Shown piece after piece: positions 36,189 through 50,674 of a DNA stretch of 64,000 bases. The notes beneath the pieces are model-generated. The model was given only the letters and a program-made list of their open reading frames with translations, ran no database searches and was not told the origin of the DNA. The DNA comes from Neodothiora populina (taxonomy: Eukaryota). The position numbers and the translations under genes are program-made. The stretch lies in the NCBI RefSeq assembly GCF_041146345.1, contig NW_027191409.1:1302001-1366000 (forward strand). Direction: 5' to 3'. Each line of letters opens with the position of its first letter. The stretch's first letter is position 1.

Positions 36189-37787
36189 CTCGCGAATGCA
36201 CGGCAACAGACACAGTAAAGTCTAAGCAGAAAGCGAGTCTATACCTGCACTATCTTTCTACGAGTGGGCCAAGTGTCGTACGTGCGATTACTCCAACATT
36301 ATACGAACAGGACACTCTTCATTTCTGGAGAGCATCTATGTACAGTACCTTACTTACCTGATCGGATAGTACGATGGCGGGGTGCGGGCCGAGGCAGACG
36401 TCAGGGACGGAACAAGAATCGTGAGGCCTCGGCTTGTGTTACTTGTGTGTTGCATTTACCTGGAGTACCTCTGTACAAGTACAAAAATACGTGCAAATCG
36501 AGATTTATACAGTGCACTTCTTCCAAGCTAGAGTACCTTAGGGACCGGATAGGGTAAGCTACCTTGCATAACACGATCTGACAAGATTACTATAAACAGA
36601 TGCTGTTAGCTGAACATCAAGGCAACATGATGCGCGGAGTGATGGCGATGGAGAACGCTAGAAGAACAAGACCGAGTAGGTGTAGGGAGATGGTAAGGCG
36701 TATTTATTGTAGAAAAAAAGTCCGCAAGCCTCACCGCATTCAATCTAAGCGACTGACTCGCATATTGAAAAGAAGGCAGTGTACAGCCTTGGAGATATTG
36801 AGATGTGCTATAAGTGTCAGCGGCACAATCTACGGCACTTGACATCACCATTTGGTACATGCTAAGGTACCAGCAAGGTACACACTACAAGCATTCGGTG
36901 ATCACACATTCGCGTAGTCCTTGTATGAAGGGTTGCTTACCTACTTTTCGCCTTGACTGCGACTGAGGAATAGAGTATGGTTGATGCGGCGACCTTCTGT
37001 CGCTCTGATCGCAGACCCTTGTCCTCCCAATCTATCTCTGTATAGTCTACTGTTTCCCCCCATCTCCCTCTATTGTCTCCATCTCTCTTCGCCCTGTCCA
37101 TACTTGGCCCCCTCCCCTTGGCATGGGCTTTGTTGCGGGAAACAAAGGGATCCCAGATTATTTCCAGGCTGCCGGACCAGTGAATGACGAGTGCAGGAAG
37201 AACGTGGGGTTGAAACAAGGGACGTGCACGGGATAAGATTAGGCGCTGACAAGTGCAGAAGAGTTAGAGGGAGACCAAGGGACAAAGGCAACAAGGGACA
37301 AGGGTACAGTACAGGTAATAATCAGCAGAAGAAGAGGGAGAGAGAGATGAGTGTTAGATAAACATCGTCCACAGATTTGTCTCTGTGCGCTCGCTCCCTG
37401 TGCGTGATCTCTGTTCTCCAGTATCAGCATCCGCATCATCATCTGATCGCCCTGAAACCACTTCGACCAACCCCGAAAGAAACAGAGGACAGGGTACCTT
37501 AGGTAGTCGCTGCCATTAACGCTACAGCAGCCACTCCATACAGATATCTCACTATCGCCGTAATCATTAATTCGCCCAGCCTGACTCGGATCCCTTTCTT
37601 ATTGGCCGCCTTCTATTGAGACACTTCCTCGCCGCTACTGCACGATCACCACAACCACGACGACACATATCTCTGCCAGGACGACGTCGCGAACTGAAGC
37701 ATACTGTTCTCCGCTCTTGCCTCGCCGAAGCACAACAAACAACGATAGGAGTCGTCGTGTTGGGGGCAGCGTCGCCCAACTTCGGGC

Positions 37788-40700
37788 ATGGGGAACGTGA
37801 GCAGTAGACCCGACGATGGCGCCGCAGTATATTTGAGAGATCAGACTCGATGTGTGTATCTTAATTCCAGAACATAATGTACCGGACCTGACATGACTAG
37901 TCTCCATCGGTGGCCTGAGCATCTCGAATTCGCGAGGCAGGAGGATCACTGTCTCGCCGAATGCCTTTCCCACCTCGAGATACTACGCCAGGCGCGATGA
38001 CAACGATACGAGCCCTCTAGACTACGTACAGGTAATGCACGGATCTGCTCATGGCGCGCGCGAATACAGTAGCAATCAAGGGACTGACATGTACCGTTTG
38101 CGACAGGACCCAGAGACACTCCCTGGCGCACCTCCTGCCTTCCTGCTGCGACTCACCAACGAGGAGGAACTGACTTTCAACTTCACATGCATCATCCGCC
38201 AACAGTCCACAGGACCTTCGGCGTCCTTGGGCGAGCAGGTTGTCGCCGTCAGCTCTGCGCCTGCGCTCGATACACAGCTGACCGGCCTCACCTACATCTT
38301 TGCCTCCAACGATAGGGAGATCGAACAGCTTACGACTCGCGAGTTCCACGCAGACCCTAATCTACACAGAAACCCAAACGTCGAACTCGTCGGCCACTAC
38401 GGCACTGATGGCACGCCTTCTGTACAATTTAACTGGACATGGACCTGGCGTGCGCCAAAACCAGCCGAGGATCGAGGAGGTGGCTGGAGAAACACCTGCA
38501 GCGTGAGTCGCAAAGGGATGCTACAAAGTATCACAAGTCTGACGTGTTCATAGTTCGTCGAGTACAACCAGCGCGCGCATCGTCTCGACACCCTGGCGAC
38601 CTTTTCCTTCTGGGTACAAAGTACGGCTTGAACCGGACCATTTTGCCCTGCATCATCCGCTGATATTAATTGCCACAGGTGTCCCACAATATCCATTCAG
38701 CCCCCAGCAACTCTCGCCGAAACTCGACACGTTGTATCCGCCACGCCTGCGAGTCCCTTCTACACAGTCTGTCGAGTCCCGCATCAGTGCTGTGAGCGAT
38801 TCAGACGGTGGTGACGTTCGAGAGCTGCGCGAGCCCGGCTCGCCTTACATTGAATCCATTCCCGAGTACAGTCTCGGCCTCGTGCCGACTATGACAAACG
38901 GACCCTTGCCAAAAGTCGATGTGAACTGTGTGGGACGACCGGGAGAAGACGTGAGTAGCGCTGACGACGGACCGGTGTTTCGAGCCACGATGCGTTCACT
39001 GGAGAACAAGACTGGAACTATGAAATCTCGCATGAAGAGGGTGTTGAAAGCAGCCGAAGCAGCGCAATCTGCCCAAGCAGCCTGCAACAATGCTGTTGCC
39101 GACTTCATGGATGCCCTCCGTGACGCCTCTAACACGAACGCGAATGCAGTCCGACCTGCTTTGGAGCACTATTTTGACTCGATCGCAAACGAAATTCTGC
39201 TCTACGAGAAGCAGAATAACGCCAACCTCCAAAAACTCATCATCGAGCCTATCAGCAAGCTGTACAGTGTCGACATCAAGCAAGCCGAATACAAGAGACG
39301 GGACTTTGAAGAAGAGAGCAAGGACTTTTACGCGTATGTGGGCAAATACCTTGGCCAAAGATCCGAGTCCTTGAAAGAAAAGAAGAGAGTGGAAAGCGAC
39401 GCCAAGTATCAGGCAAAGAGACGTACTTTCGAGCTCAAGCGTTTCGACTATTCCTCCTTCATGCACGACTTGAACGGTGGGCGCAAGGAGCAAGAGGTTC
39501 TGTCCCAGCTTACCAAGTACGCCGATGCCCAGTCACGAGGCTTTTTGAATACCTCCAAAAGGATAGCGGAAATGATGCCTCAGCTGGAAGCACTGTGCTC
39601 AGCGGTCAGTCAAGTCGATAAAGAGTTCCAGCTTCAACGGACAGAGCGAGAGACGAAGCGCCGCGCGCTTGAGACAAGCACGAAGATCATCTCCTCAGAT
39701 GCTGATCCTGTGCCTCCGCCGAGCGCTTTTGGCCAACGCAACTTCGACTTGGATCCATATAGGACTTCCAGCAACGTCGGATCACGAACATCCGCTCTGT
39801 CGACTTCACCATCCGCCACAAACGGGTTTCCTACCAGCATGACTGGTGCGCCTACTGCAGCCGCCCCACTGAATAACACCGTATCAAATGTGCCCCAGCG
39901 CAACAGTAGTAATAAGTTCAAGGGCTTTCGCGACCTTGAAGATAAAGATATCAGCGCGCCAGGCATCACCCAGCACCGCAAAGAGGGCCTCTTGTGGTCA
40001 TTGAGCCGACCAGGGGGTCACGTAGATCCAATCATGACTAAAGCGGCCGCTTGGCACAAATTCTGGATCGTCCTGGATCAGGGGAAGCTGTCGGAATACG
40101 CCAATTGGAAGGACAGGCTGGACTTGCATATGGAGCCGATAGATCTGCGCGTTGCATCAGTGCGCGAAGCTCGCAATGCAGAGCGACGTTTCTGCTTCGA
40201 GGTCATTACTCCTCAATTCACACGAGTATACCAAGCACCTTCGGAAGAAGACATGAAGTCGTGGATAGGAGCCATCAACAATGCTCTTCAGTCGGCATTC
40301 GAATCTCGGCCATCGACCGCATCGGCGGAGCACGCGCCTGCTCAGCACAACTCCACGCGGAACAACATCGCAGCGGTCCTGACGGGCAAGAGCCTCAGCA
40401 CAGGCCACAGGGCTTCAGCACACGTCACTTCGTACACCCAAGGTAGTACGCCGAAGACGACAGTGTCCAGGCATGCTACGACTGGCGACAAGCCCCATTA
40501 CCTCCGCGCAAACAGCGACGATGCGAACTCAAGTGCGCTGCTCAATCAAATTCGTGAAGCAGACGCGGGCAACAAGTTCTGCGCCGACTGCAATGGCGAA
40601 AGCAAGGTCGACTGGGTCAGCATCAATCTGGGGATAGTGCTGTGTATCGAATGTAGCGGAATCCATCGATCTCTGGGCACACACATCAGCAAAGTACGCA

Positions 40701-41563
40701 GCCTGACCTTGGACACTGCCGCCTTCACGCCGGACATCATTGACCTGCTGTTACTACTTGGTAATCGTGTTTCGAATATGATCTGGGAAGCGCGACTTGA
40801 TCGTTTCCTCAAGCCTTCGCCTCACTCAACCCGAGAGCAACGACTACACTTCATCACCGCCAAGTATTCTTCGAGGACCTATGCCCAACCACTTCCTCTG
40901 ACGTCTATGTCCCACTTTGGCACACCAGATGAAACACTTCTCGCAAGCATTAAGAAGAACGAGATCCACAACGTCTTGTATGCCTTGGCTATAGGAGCCA
41001 ATCCAAATGCCACAGACCGCATGCGTGCAACGCCTGCTGTCTACCTTGCTTTGGCCGCTGCTGATCCAGCGAGTCCTGGTACCTCGGCTTCCCTGTCACC
41101 TTCAAACTCGACAGCTTCGTCAGGGTTCTCCCACTCGCGCGGTACGAGCACAATAACGCTCAAGGACTATGGGCCGGGGATACCTCTTTCGCCTCGACCC
41201 ATCACGCCAGTCTCGCCCAGCACCGCATCATCGCCTACGTCTTCATGTTCGCGAAAGCCGTTCGCTATTGCCGAACTGCTTTTGCAGAATGGAGCCGATA
41301 TCCCCACGCAACCCGCACCTATTCCTCTTTCCCCAGCTGCGAGACAGTATCTGGAATTCAAGATCGATCAACGTACTGGACGACATCTGGGTCTAGGCGT
41401 GAGAGATAGTGCTGGGGACACGATTGGCGCACTACCAAGCATCTCTGCGGGTGGCAGTGGCAACAGTCCTAACCACCGGGATCGTGAGAGGGAAGGGCGG
41501 TCGGAGTGGAGAGGAGAAGGCATTGTCAAGCGACTGAGCAGTGGCAGTTATGGAAAGAGGTGA
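37788..41563 (+). CDS. BAR-PH-ArfGAP (ACAP/centaurin-beta-like) protein; exons 37788-37851, 37901-38031, 38107-38502, 38554-38620, 38679-41563
   Basis: BAR region starting DDGPVFRATM. PH domain RKEGLLW...RRFCFEVITP...WIGAINNA. ArfGAP zinc finger CADC-x16-CIECSGIHRSLGTHISKVRSLTLD. Four 5' introns join in frame from MGNVSSRPDD. Confidence 0.9.
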
Positions 41564-43582
41564 CCTTGACTACGGTATCTTGACACTTTCTCTCCTGCGT
41601 CATTCTTTCATTTTCCGCACTGTGCATGAGAGAAATATAATGGTCAGGGTTTGATTTTCATGTTCGTAAGTATTCCCCAAGTTCGAGGGTTGTTGGGGTT
41701 GTTTACGATTCTTATCTCTTATACCCTTTTCACCTTGTCTGCATCGCCAAACTGCATATCTAATCGCTACGTCCACACACCTCATTTGCACCTCCTTTCT
41801 TTCATCTGCTCTTCTGTTTACATGCTTTATTACGCAGATCTTAGGAAGTGATCCAGATGGGAGAATGCAGAGAAACAGACCATCAAGGAAGATGGTAGGA
41901 GCAAGTAGGGGTCTCGAAAAGGGGAACAATATTACAGATTATAGATGATTGTACGACACTATAGGAGCAACCACAAAATACTGTTTATTCTTTTTCTCTC
42001 TTATCTATGTTATTCCAGACTTTTGACCTGTGTTTTTCACATCAAGCACTGCTTCTTCAACCTTAGGTTCATGCGCATGACCGAGCTTCATCCATCCTCA
42101 AGGGCAAAACAGCAATTGTGCGTAGAAAGAGCGGTGATGGCAGAAAGAAGACGGATATCGCTGTAGTTGTCTAATCGTTAAGCCGATCGCGCTCTGGCTT
42201 AGCCATGGTGTCGGTCTAGTCGTTTCAAATGAGGATGTTCTAACAGCGTGTGTTCTCTAAAGAGAGTTAGGGGAACTAATGTACTACTTTATGACGCTGC
42301 ATCAAGGCATGAACATGCTGTACCTTATACCATGAACACACAGTACTAGATCTTGGATGAAGGTGCGACAGCAATGCCTGTCTAAGCTTTGGCCCGAGGC
42401 ATCTACCCACCAAGGCTTAGTTGTGCGGAGATCAACCTTGTCACAAAACCTTATCTGCTATACCCTACTCTAATCTCAGTGTTTGTTTGTCCCACAATAT
42501 TTCTTCTCTGTGGAGAAATAAAAGTGCATGCTTTGTAAGCTTCCAGGCTACATCTATTCGCGTTCGTCTGTAGACTTGCGAAGAATCTTGAATACTACAG
42601 TATACTTTGTACGACATTAGAATGTGTCACAATTTAATTCCCTTCCTGCAGCTCTTGCCGATACACAAGTGCATCTATCGTACGTTCTTCACCTGAACAC
42701 CTGTGCGTGCCTTTATACCCATCTGTGATCCTTCCGTCCAAGGTAAGCAAAAGAAAGGTCAATGCGCTTGACCCTACTCGTAATCACCCAATCAACTATC
42801 CGAAGGTGGGTCAGAGTCGGCCGAATATTCCCTCCTTCCTCCGACCTTCCTGTTTGTGCACAATATCGCCCTATCGCTTGGGTCCGGTAAGGCATAACGT
42901 GTCTACCCCTCATCGCACCAACAGCGGTGGGAGATGCATTGCAGGTCTCCTATGGTCAAGGCTGCCACTCTGGACATGTACTGTATCTTGTCTCAAGGTG
43001 CACGAACTCTACAATATATCGCATTGTCATCGTGCGTTGGATGTCCAGCCAGACCGATTATAGAGCAACCAGAAATCACGGACTTCGGCGCAAACAATGG
43101 TCCGCGTAGTCCGGCTCTCCATGACTCACGGTCCCAGATTTGCTCATTGCACCAGACAGGCGGGTGAGGTGAGCACAGCTAAGCATGGTATAAGCTTCGA
43201 GGATATGAACCACTGAACCTAGTTGATTTCTCCCCGTGCCGGATTGACGTGGCCAGCCAATCGCAGTCTCTTGGTTGACGCCGCTAGGTCGAAAGCGGCA
43301 GTAAATCCGCCAGAAGACTTAGGCGGCTGAACAATCTCGTGTCGGATGTTGCTAAACACCGATGAATGTCTATGATGAGCCCTTTGGGATGATGAGATGC
43401 AACATTTACAATCACTGTTACCTTGCCTTAGGTAGCTTTGCCTCCTTCCTTGCGGGTCTTCCTCTTCTTTAACATGATGCGTCTTTTCCCTTCCGTCAGC
43501 ATTGTCACCTACTCTGATCAATAACCCTCAGGGTATGAACTATTGCCACGTTTAAAACACACGTGCTGCTTTAAACGACATC

Positions 43583-46500
43583 ATGACTACGACTGGCGCT
43601 CCAGTCCCAGAGTCAGTATGGACTTCGGGCGACGCAAATCCCCCGCCTGAAGCAAACGCCATAACCGCCCAGCCTGTGGCAGAGGAACCCTTTGAAAGAG
43701 TGGCAGATGAGAAGCACGCGAACGTAGAAAACGTAGTCGACAAAGACGCCGCTGAGGCCAAGGCCTTGGAGGATGGCAAACTCGGCCAAAGATACCCCAT
43801 AGCGCGATCCACAAGTAATTGGACCTCCTCAGGCGACAGCAGCATCACAGTCCAGTCAGAAAAGCACAGCACACCGACGGAGAAGCGTTCATGGAGTACG
43901 AAATTGAATCCCTTCAAGATGAAACACCCACCCCCAATCCCCCAGGAAAGGACCGTCTGCCCGGAATACAATGCTGGCTTCTTCAGCCTTCTTACTTTCC
44001 AGTGGATGGCGCCTATCATGGAGGTGGGATATCAAAGAACTCTGGAATTCAATGATCTATGGACTGTTAACCCCAATCGATCCACTGACGTCTTGGCCGA
44101 GAGACTTAACGCCTCATTCAAGAGAAGAGTAGCCAACGGAGACGTCAATCCTCTTCGTGGTGCTCTGTACGATACTTTCAAGAAGGAGTTCCTCCTCGGA
44201 GGCCTCTGTGAGGGTATCGCTGCCGTGGTCCAGGTCTTGTCGCCTTTCGTTCTACGCTATCTCATCAACTTTGCCACCGAGGCATATCAAGCAAAATACA
44301 CTGGTCAGCCTGCTCCCCACATTGGCCACGGCATCGGTCTTGTCATTGGTGTCACTTGCTTGCAGCAGATTCAGAGTGTGTGTACGAACCATTTCATCTA
44401 CCGTGGAATGATCGTCGGTGGTCAGGCACGAGCTGTGACCATATCTGTCATCTTCGACAAGGCCATGAGATTGTCGGGTCGAGCCAAGTCCGGCGGCAAA
44501 GACACCGACAAGAAGGACACCATGCCCGAAGGCTTCGCCCCCGGTAGCAAAGAGGAGAAGAAGTGGTTCAAGCAGAAGCTTGGTAAGAAGAACAAGGCCG
44601 TCAAGGACAAGGCAAAGAACGTTTCGGGAGATGGCCAGGGCTGGTCCAACGGAAGAATCATTAATCTGATGTCGACCGATACTTATCGAATCGATCAAGC
44701 CTCCGCCATGTTTCATATGATCTGGGCTTCACCAATTTCCATTGTGCTGACTCTTGTCCTGCTACTTATCAACATTACGTACAGCGCACTGGCTGGTTTC
44801 GGTCTCTTGATCATTGCCATGCCTATCCTAGGTCGAACCATCAAGACCTTGTTCAAGCGCAGAAATGAGATCAATAAAATCACTGATCAGAGAGTCGGCC
44901 TGATGCAAGAGATCTTGCAAGGTGTAAGGTTTGTCAAGTACTTCGGATGGGAAACGTCCTTCCTTGGCCGTCTGCGCGACATTCGTTCTCGCGAAATCAG
45001 CAAGATCCAAGTCTTGCTGAACATTCGTAACGGTATCATGGCTGTCTCCATGTCCATGCCCGTTTTCGCTTCTATGCTCGCCTTTATCACTTTCTCCCTC
45101 ACGAATCACGGCCTCGAGGCTGGCAAGATCTTCTCTTCTCTGGCTTTGTTTAACGGCCTCCGTCTCCCTCTCAACTTATTACCTCTCGTCATTGGCCAGG
45201 TCGTGGATGCCTCTGCTTCTATCGGCCGTATCGAAGAGTTTTTGCTTGCAGAAGAGGCCCAAGATGAGGCAGAGTGGGATTATGCAAACAAAGATGCCGT
45301 TGTAATCAGGAATGCCGACTTCACGTGGGAACGCAATCCTACTCAAGACCCGGATGCTGGCCCTGGTGGTCCCAAGTCTTCAAAGCAGGCCAAGGCAGAA
45401 AAGAAAGCGGACAAGGCAAAAGCCAAAGTCGACAAAAAGGCAGCCAAGGATGCAGAGAAAGCTGCCAAAAATCGTCCAGCCTCTTCTGATGGACTTGATA
45501 GTAGCAGCACATTAACCGAGGAAGACAAGCACCCTTTCGAGATCAAGGGCCTAGACCTCTCCATTGCTCGGAATGAGCTGGTTGCAGTCATTGGTAGCGT
45601 TGGATCCGGCAAAAGCTCACTTCTCGCCGCCTTGGCAGGTGACATGCGCAGGACGACCGGCGAGGTAGTTCTGGGTGCCTCACGCGCATTCTGTCCCCAG
45701 TACGCGTGGATCCAAAATGCAACAGTCAAGGAGAATATCGTCTTTGGCAAAGACTTCGTCCCTGAGTGGTACGACGAGGTGGTTGATGCGTGTGCTCTCC
45801 GTGCTGATCTAGATATGCTTCCCAACGGCGATCAGACAGAGATTGGCGAGCGCGGTATCACCGTGTCTGGTGGGCAGAAGCAGAGGTTGAACATTGCGCG
45901 TGCAATCTACTTCAACGCAGACATCGTGCTGATGGATGATCCGCTTTCGGCTGTTGACGCCCACGTCGGAAAGCATATTATGGACAACGCGATCTGCGGA
46001 TTGCTTGCGAGCAAGTGCAGAGTCTTGGCCACTCACCAACTTCATGTGTTGCACCTTTGCGACCGAATCATCTGGATGAAGGAAGGCCGTGTGCACACAG
46101 TCGCAACTTTCAACGATCTTATGGCCAATGACGAAGAGTTCCAGAAGCTCATGGCCACCACTGCAAAGGAAGAGAAGCAGGGAGAAGAAGACGAAGTCAA
46201 CGAAGACGAAGTCGAAGGCGAGAAGAAGGAAATCAAGAAGAGCAAGGGCGGCAAGAAGCCTGCTGCGGCACTGATGCAGGTCGAAGAACGTGCGGTGAAG
46301 AGCGTTTCCTTCGACACCTATGTGGCCTATATCAGAGCCTCTGGGTCTCTTTGGTTCGCCCCGCTGATCATCATCACTCTCATTATTTCTCAAGGCGCGA
46401 ACATTGTTACTAGTCTTTGGCTGTCCTGGTGGACGTCTGACAAGTTCGGTTATTCCCGCGGACAATACGTAAGTCGGCGTCTCTTGTCTATGTGGCTGAT

Positions 46501-48161
46501 TCGCAAATGCTAACGATTGACAGATCGGTGTTTACGGTGGTCTCGGTGCTTTCCAGGCTCTTATGATGTTCACGTTTTCCTCTTTGTTGACCTTCTGCGG
46601 AACCCAAGCCAGCAAGACACTTCTACACCAGGCAGTCACCCGAGTCCTTCGTGCTCCCATGTCTTTCTTCGACACCACCCCGCTCGGCCGAATCACCAAT
46701 CGATTTTCTAAAGATGTTGATACCATGGACAACGCTTTGACCGATTCTTTCCGCATGTTTTTTATGACCATGGCACAAATTATTGCCGTCTTCATCTTGA
46801 TCATCGCCTACTTCTATTACTTTGCCATCGCCCTCGGACCTTTGTTCGTCATGTTCTTGTTCGCCGCTAGCTACTACCGATCATCTGCTCGTGAGATCAA
46901 GCGCCACGAGGCGGTCTTGCGCAGTAATGTCTTCTCACGTTTCAGTGAAGCCGTGGTCGGTGTATCTACCATCAGAGCGTACGGTCTACAGGATCAATTC
47001 GCTAGAAAAGTGCGCGACGCCGTTGACATCATGGATGGTGCATACTTCTTGACTTTCTCTAACCAACGCTGGCTTTCCGTACGTCTTGATGCTATCGGTA
47101 CATTACTGGTCTTCGTCACTGGCATACTGGTCGTGACCTCGCGCTTTAATGTCAGCCCTAGCATTGCCGGTCTTGTCCTATCATACATTCTGTCGGTTGT
47201 CCAGATGATTCAGTTCACAGTCCGACAGCTTGCTGAGGTAGAGAACAACATGAACTCGACTGAACGTATCCAATACTACGGTACACAGCTCGAAGAGGAA
47301 GCTTCTCTCCATACTGTCGATGTTCGACCAACTTGGCCCGAGAAGGGTGAGATCGTCTTCGACGATGTACAAATGCGCTACCGCGATGGCCTCCCTTTGG
47401 TTCTCCAAGGTCTCAGCATGCGCGTTCAGGGTGGCGAGCGTATTGGTGTGGTAGGTCGCACTGGTGCCGGCAAGTCGTCAATCATGTCGACACTCTTCCG
47501 CTTAGTCGAGATCTCAGGCGGACAGATTACTGTAGACGGCGTGAACATTTCGACTATTGGTCTCAAAGACCTTCGTTCTCGCCTCTCCATTATTCCTCAA
47601 GACCCTACCCTCTTCCGCGGTACCATCCGCAGCAACCTGGACCCTTTTAATGAGCACACTGACCTGGAGCTATGGTCTGCCTTGCGCCAGGCCGATCTTG
47701 TTGGCAACGAACAGGATATGATGGACATAACCAGCCGCATCAATCTTGATTCGACCGTGGACGAGGAGGGCTTGAATTTCTCTCTCGGCCAACGACAGCT
47801 TATGGCATTGGCACGTGCGCTCGTCCGTAACTCGCAGATCATTGTCTGCGATGAGGCTACTTCATCCGTCGATTTCGAGACCGATCAAAAGATCCAACGC
47901 ACTATTGTGCAGGGTTTCAAGGGCAAGACTCTGTTGTGTATCGCACACAGACTCAAGACCATCATCGGCTACGACCGTATCTGCGTCATGGACAAGGGCC
48001 GCATTGCCGAGCTTGACCGTCCCATCACATTGTACGATGCCGGCGGTATCTTCAGGAGCATGTGCGACCGATCAGGCATCAGGCGCGAGGACTTCTTCGA
48101 GAGCGAAGAAGTACGAATTTCGAAAATCAAGACGAATGAAAGCATTCCAAGGCTCGAGTAA
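43583..48161 (+). CDS. YOR1: ABCC/MRP-type full-length ABC transporter (YOR1-like); exons 43583-46468 and 46524-48161
   Basis: Two TMD-NBD halves. NBD1: GSVGSGKS, VSGGQKQR, DDPLSAVDAHVG. NBD2: GRTGAGKS, FSLGQRQL, DEATSSVD. Intron 46469-46523 (GTAAGT...GCTAAC...CAG). Confidence 0.93.
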
Positions 48162-49163
48162 ATCCACTAATGAGTGGAAATCATATGCAACCTAATTTGA
48201 CGACCACACTCTATCATGAAGGACACGATTTGATTTTGGAATCTACATATGCAGACGATTCAGCTTCTGGGGCCCTGGCTATGCATAAGGGTGCTCCCCA
48301 AGAAGCATAGTGGCGTTTGAACCTTCTGTTTGGCATATCATCGCAAAGCATAGTAGGACTGGTGGATGCTCCATCAAGATTGTACATAGCGAGCAAATTT
48401 CAAAATGCATACATGTACCAGAAGGAAGAGGATAAAGATAACAATAGTAGCTGTATCGTCAAGTGACTACAAATAGCCAGCGTTACTCCAGCTGGTACCA
48501 GCATGATCTTTTGCTACGGTAACCAATCCATGTACGTTAAGCGGCAGAAGACTCACTCACTTTTGGACTGATCGATGGAGTAGAGTAATAATCTAGAGCC
48601 GATATAATACCTTGAGTGGATATCTCGCAGCCGCTGTCACACGCTAAACAATGATCATTCCCGTCAGCCTCGCAATAGCACGCGCTCACTTCTTTGAATA
48701 ATCATCTGTCCAAAGATTGCAACTTCAAAAATCAGTCAAACTCACCTTGGCGAATTCAGATGCCCACTTGCAACCTAAAGTCAGTGGCGATTATGATTTC
48801 ATCTACTGCACTCCGCATAGTCGTCGTGTGGGTTATATCACACTTGCAAAAGGCACATTCGATCGATCGATCCTGTTTATGCCATACATTGAGCACAACA
48901 TTCCTACAACGACTAATCTTATAGTATCTTGTCCCTTCCAGGACAAAGGAAATGTAAACTGCTAGAACAGGCTTGTTTTCCGGGAACAGCGATGAACATG
49001 ACACAAAGCAAAAGTGAGCAGAGCATCAAGACAAAGAAACTTCGATATACTATAGTAGGTTCTTCTCCATGTTCAATTATTCCTTCGCTGTCGAACAACA
49101 TCACGGATACAAGCATTGCTATCCCATTTTATGATCATAGTACCTTAGCACCAATACACCATA

Positions 49164-50674
49164 ATGGACTGGACGCACGTGCGCTATAGTAACATGACGG
49201 CTGGTCAGCGTGATCGTTACGAGAACTATATTCGTACACGCAGATCAAGGCCCACAGCTCGCTACCCAGGTGATTGGATGGGAGGTAGACTCCTGGGGAG
49301 AGGTGGTAATGGCATTGCAAACCTCTGGGTAGAACGCGGGGCTTATGGACGTATCGTTGACCGTGTAGTCGTCAAAGACATCCAAATGGCCCCGGCCGAC
49401 TACGCAGATGACGACAACTACATGATGGATCGCCGCAAGAGAGAACCCAGGGAGTACTTTATCGCAAAAATCCTCAGGTCCGTCATGCCGCGCCAACACA
49501 TAGTGAGAGCACGCAATTACCAGCTTTCTAGTCAGAGGGATGCATGGCGGCTCTACCTTGAGTTCTGTGACCATCAGGATATCGATGACTTGATCAGGAG
49601 ACACCGTAATGCTCATAGGCCGCGAGCAATTCCCGAGACGTTCATATGGTAATGATGCTTTTCCGCCATTTGTGCAACAAGCTATCTCGAGCTGACGTCT
49701 CTATCAGGTGGGTGTTTGAGAGTTTGGCTATAGCAGCTTGCGACATGGATGCTCCTCCCAACCTGGATCCAGCTCGTGGAGATCCTCCTAATTCGCAAGT
49801 CATCCATCAGTATGTACATCTGGTCAATTCGCGCTTCACATAGACTAGAGACTAACGTTCCAACAGAGACCTCAAAACGGGAAATGGTAATCTATCTGTC
49901 CTTTCTTCCACTCATTTCTGGACCTGACATTGTAGATCAAATCTGACTCTCGCTCAAACAGTCTTCCTCGGCGCAGCAAATGCCACCGAGTTCAGGACCT
50001 ACCCAGAGCCCAAGCTGGGCGACTTCGGCAGTGGACGCTTGACTAACCCACTGGCAGCTCGTGCCGACAATCCTCGCTGGCCTCGTCTAAAGGATGCCCA
50101 CACGGAGGGCTACGATCCTCCAGAACTGTTTGACAGAAGATACAACCCAGGCGTGTTCGCCAGGCGGGGGCGTCAAGCCCAACAACTACTCAGCACCACT
50201 TGGGTACGCCTCCTGTCCCACACCAACAACTGGCAGATCGCACGCGTCATGCTCGCAATGATGCGTCTCGAGACTCGTCCTCCCCAGATCGACTACTACG
50301 TCGTCCCACGCCCGACTCCAGCAGGTGCCACAGTAGCAGTCTGGCCCATGCCCTTCTCTGCTATCGGAGCCGACCCATGGGTGCCCGACGTCGACGCCAT
50401 CGGCCCTGGTCCAGTGAACATCGACGTGGCCGCCACATACTCTCAAGCTCTACGCAATCTCGTCAACGACTGTCTGCAGGCAAATCCCGCCCACAGACCC
50501 ACCCCCGCCGCGCTTCGGGCTGCTTGTACAGCTGCCATTGCCGCCGACCCGAATGTCAATGCTGTTAGACACCGAGCGATGCCGTTCCCTTCGAATCATA
50601 GAGATAGGGTTGTGGGCAAGTACTCGAGGCGGGACAATATATTTGCGATGGGAAGGTTGGCACGCAATGTCTGA
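49164..50674 (+). CDS. Divergent Ser/Thr protein kinase (non-RD); exons 49164-49648, 49708-49809, 49867-49886, 49962-50674
   Basis: Gly loop LGRGGNG, VVVKD, LYLEFC, PETFIWWVF. The spliced catalytic loop is HQDLKTGNVFL, then PKLGDFG, GYDPPE, and LVNDCLQANPAHRPT (subdomain XI). Confidence 0.85.
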
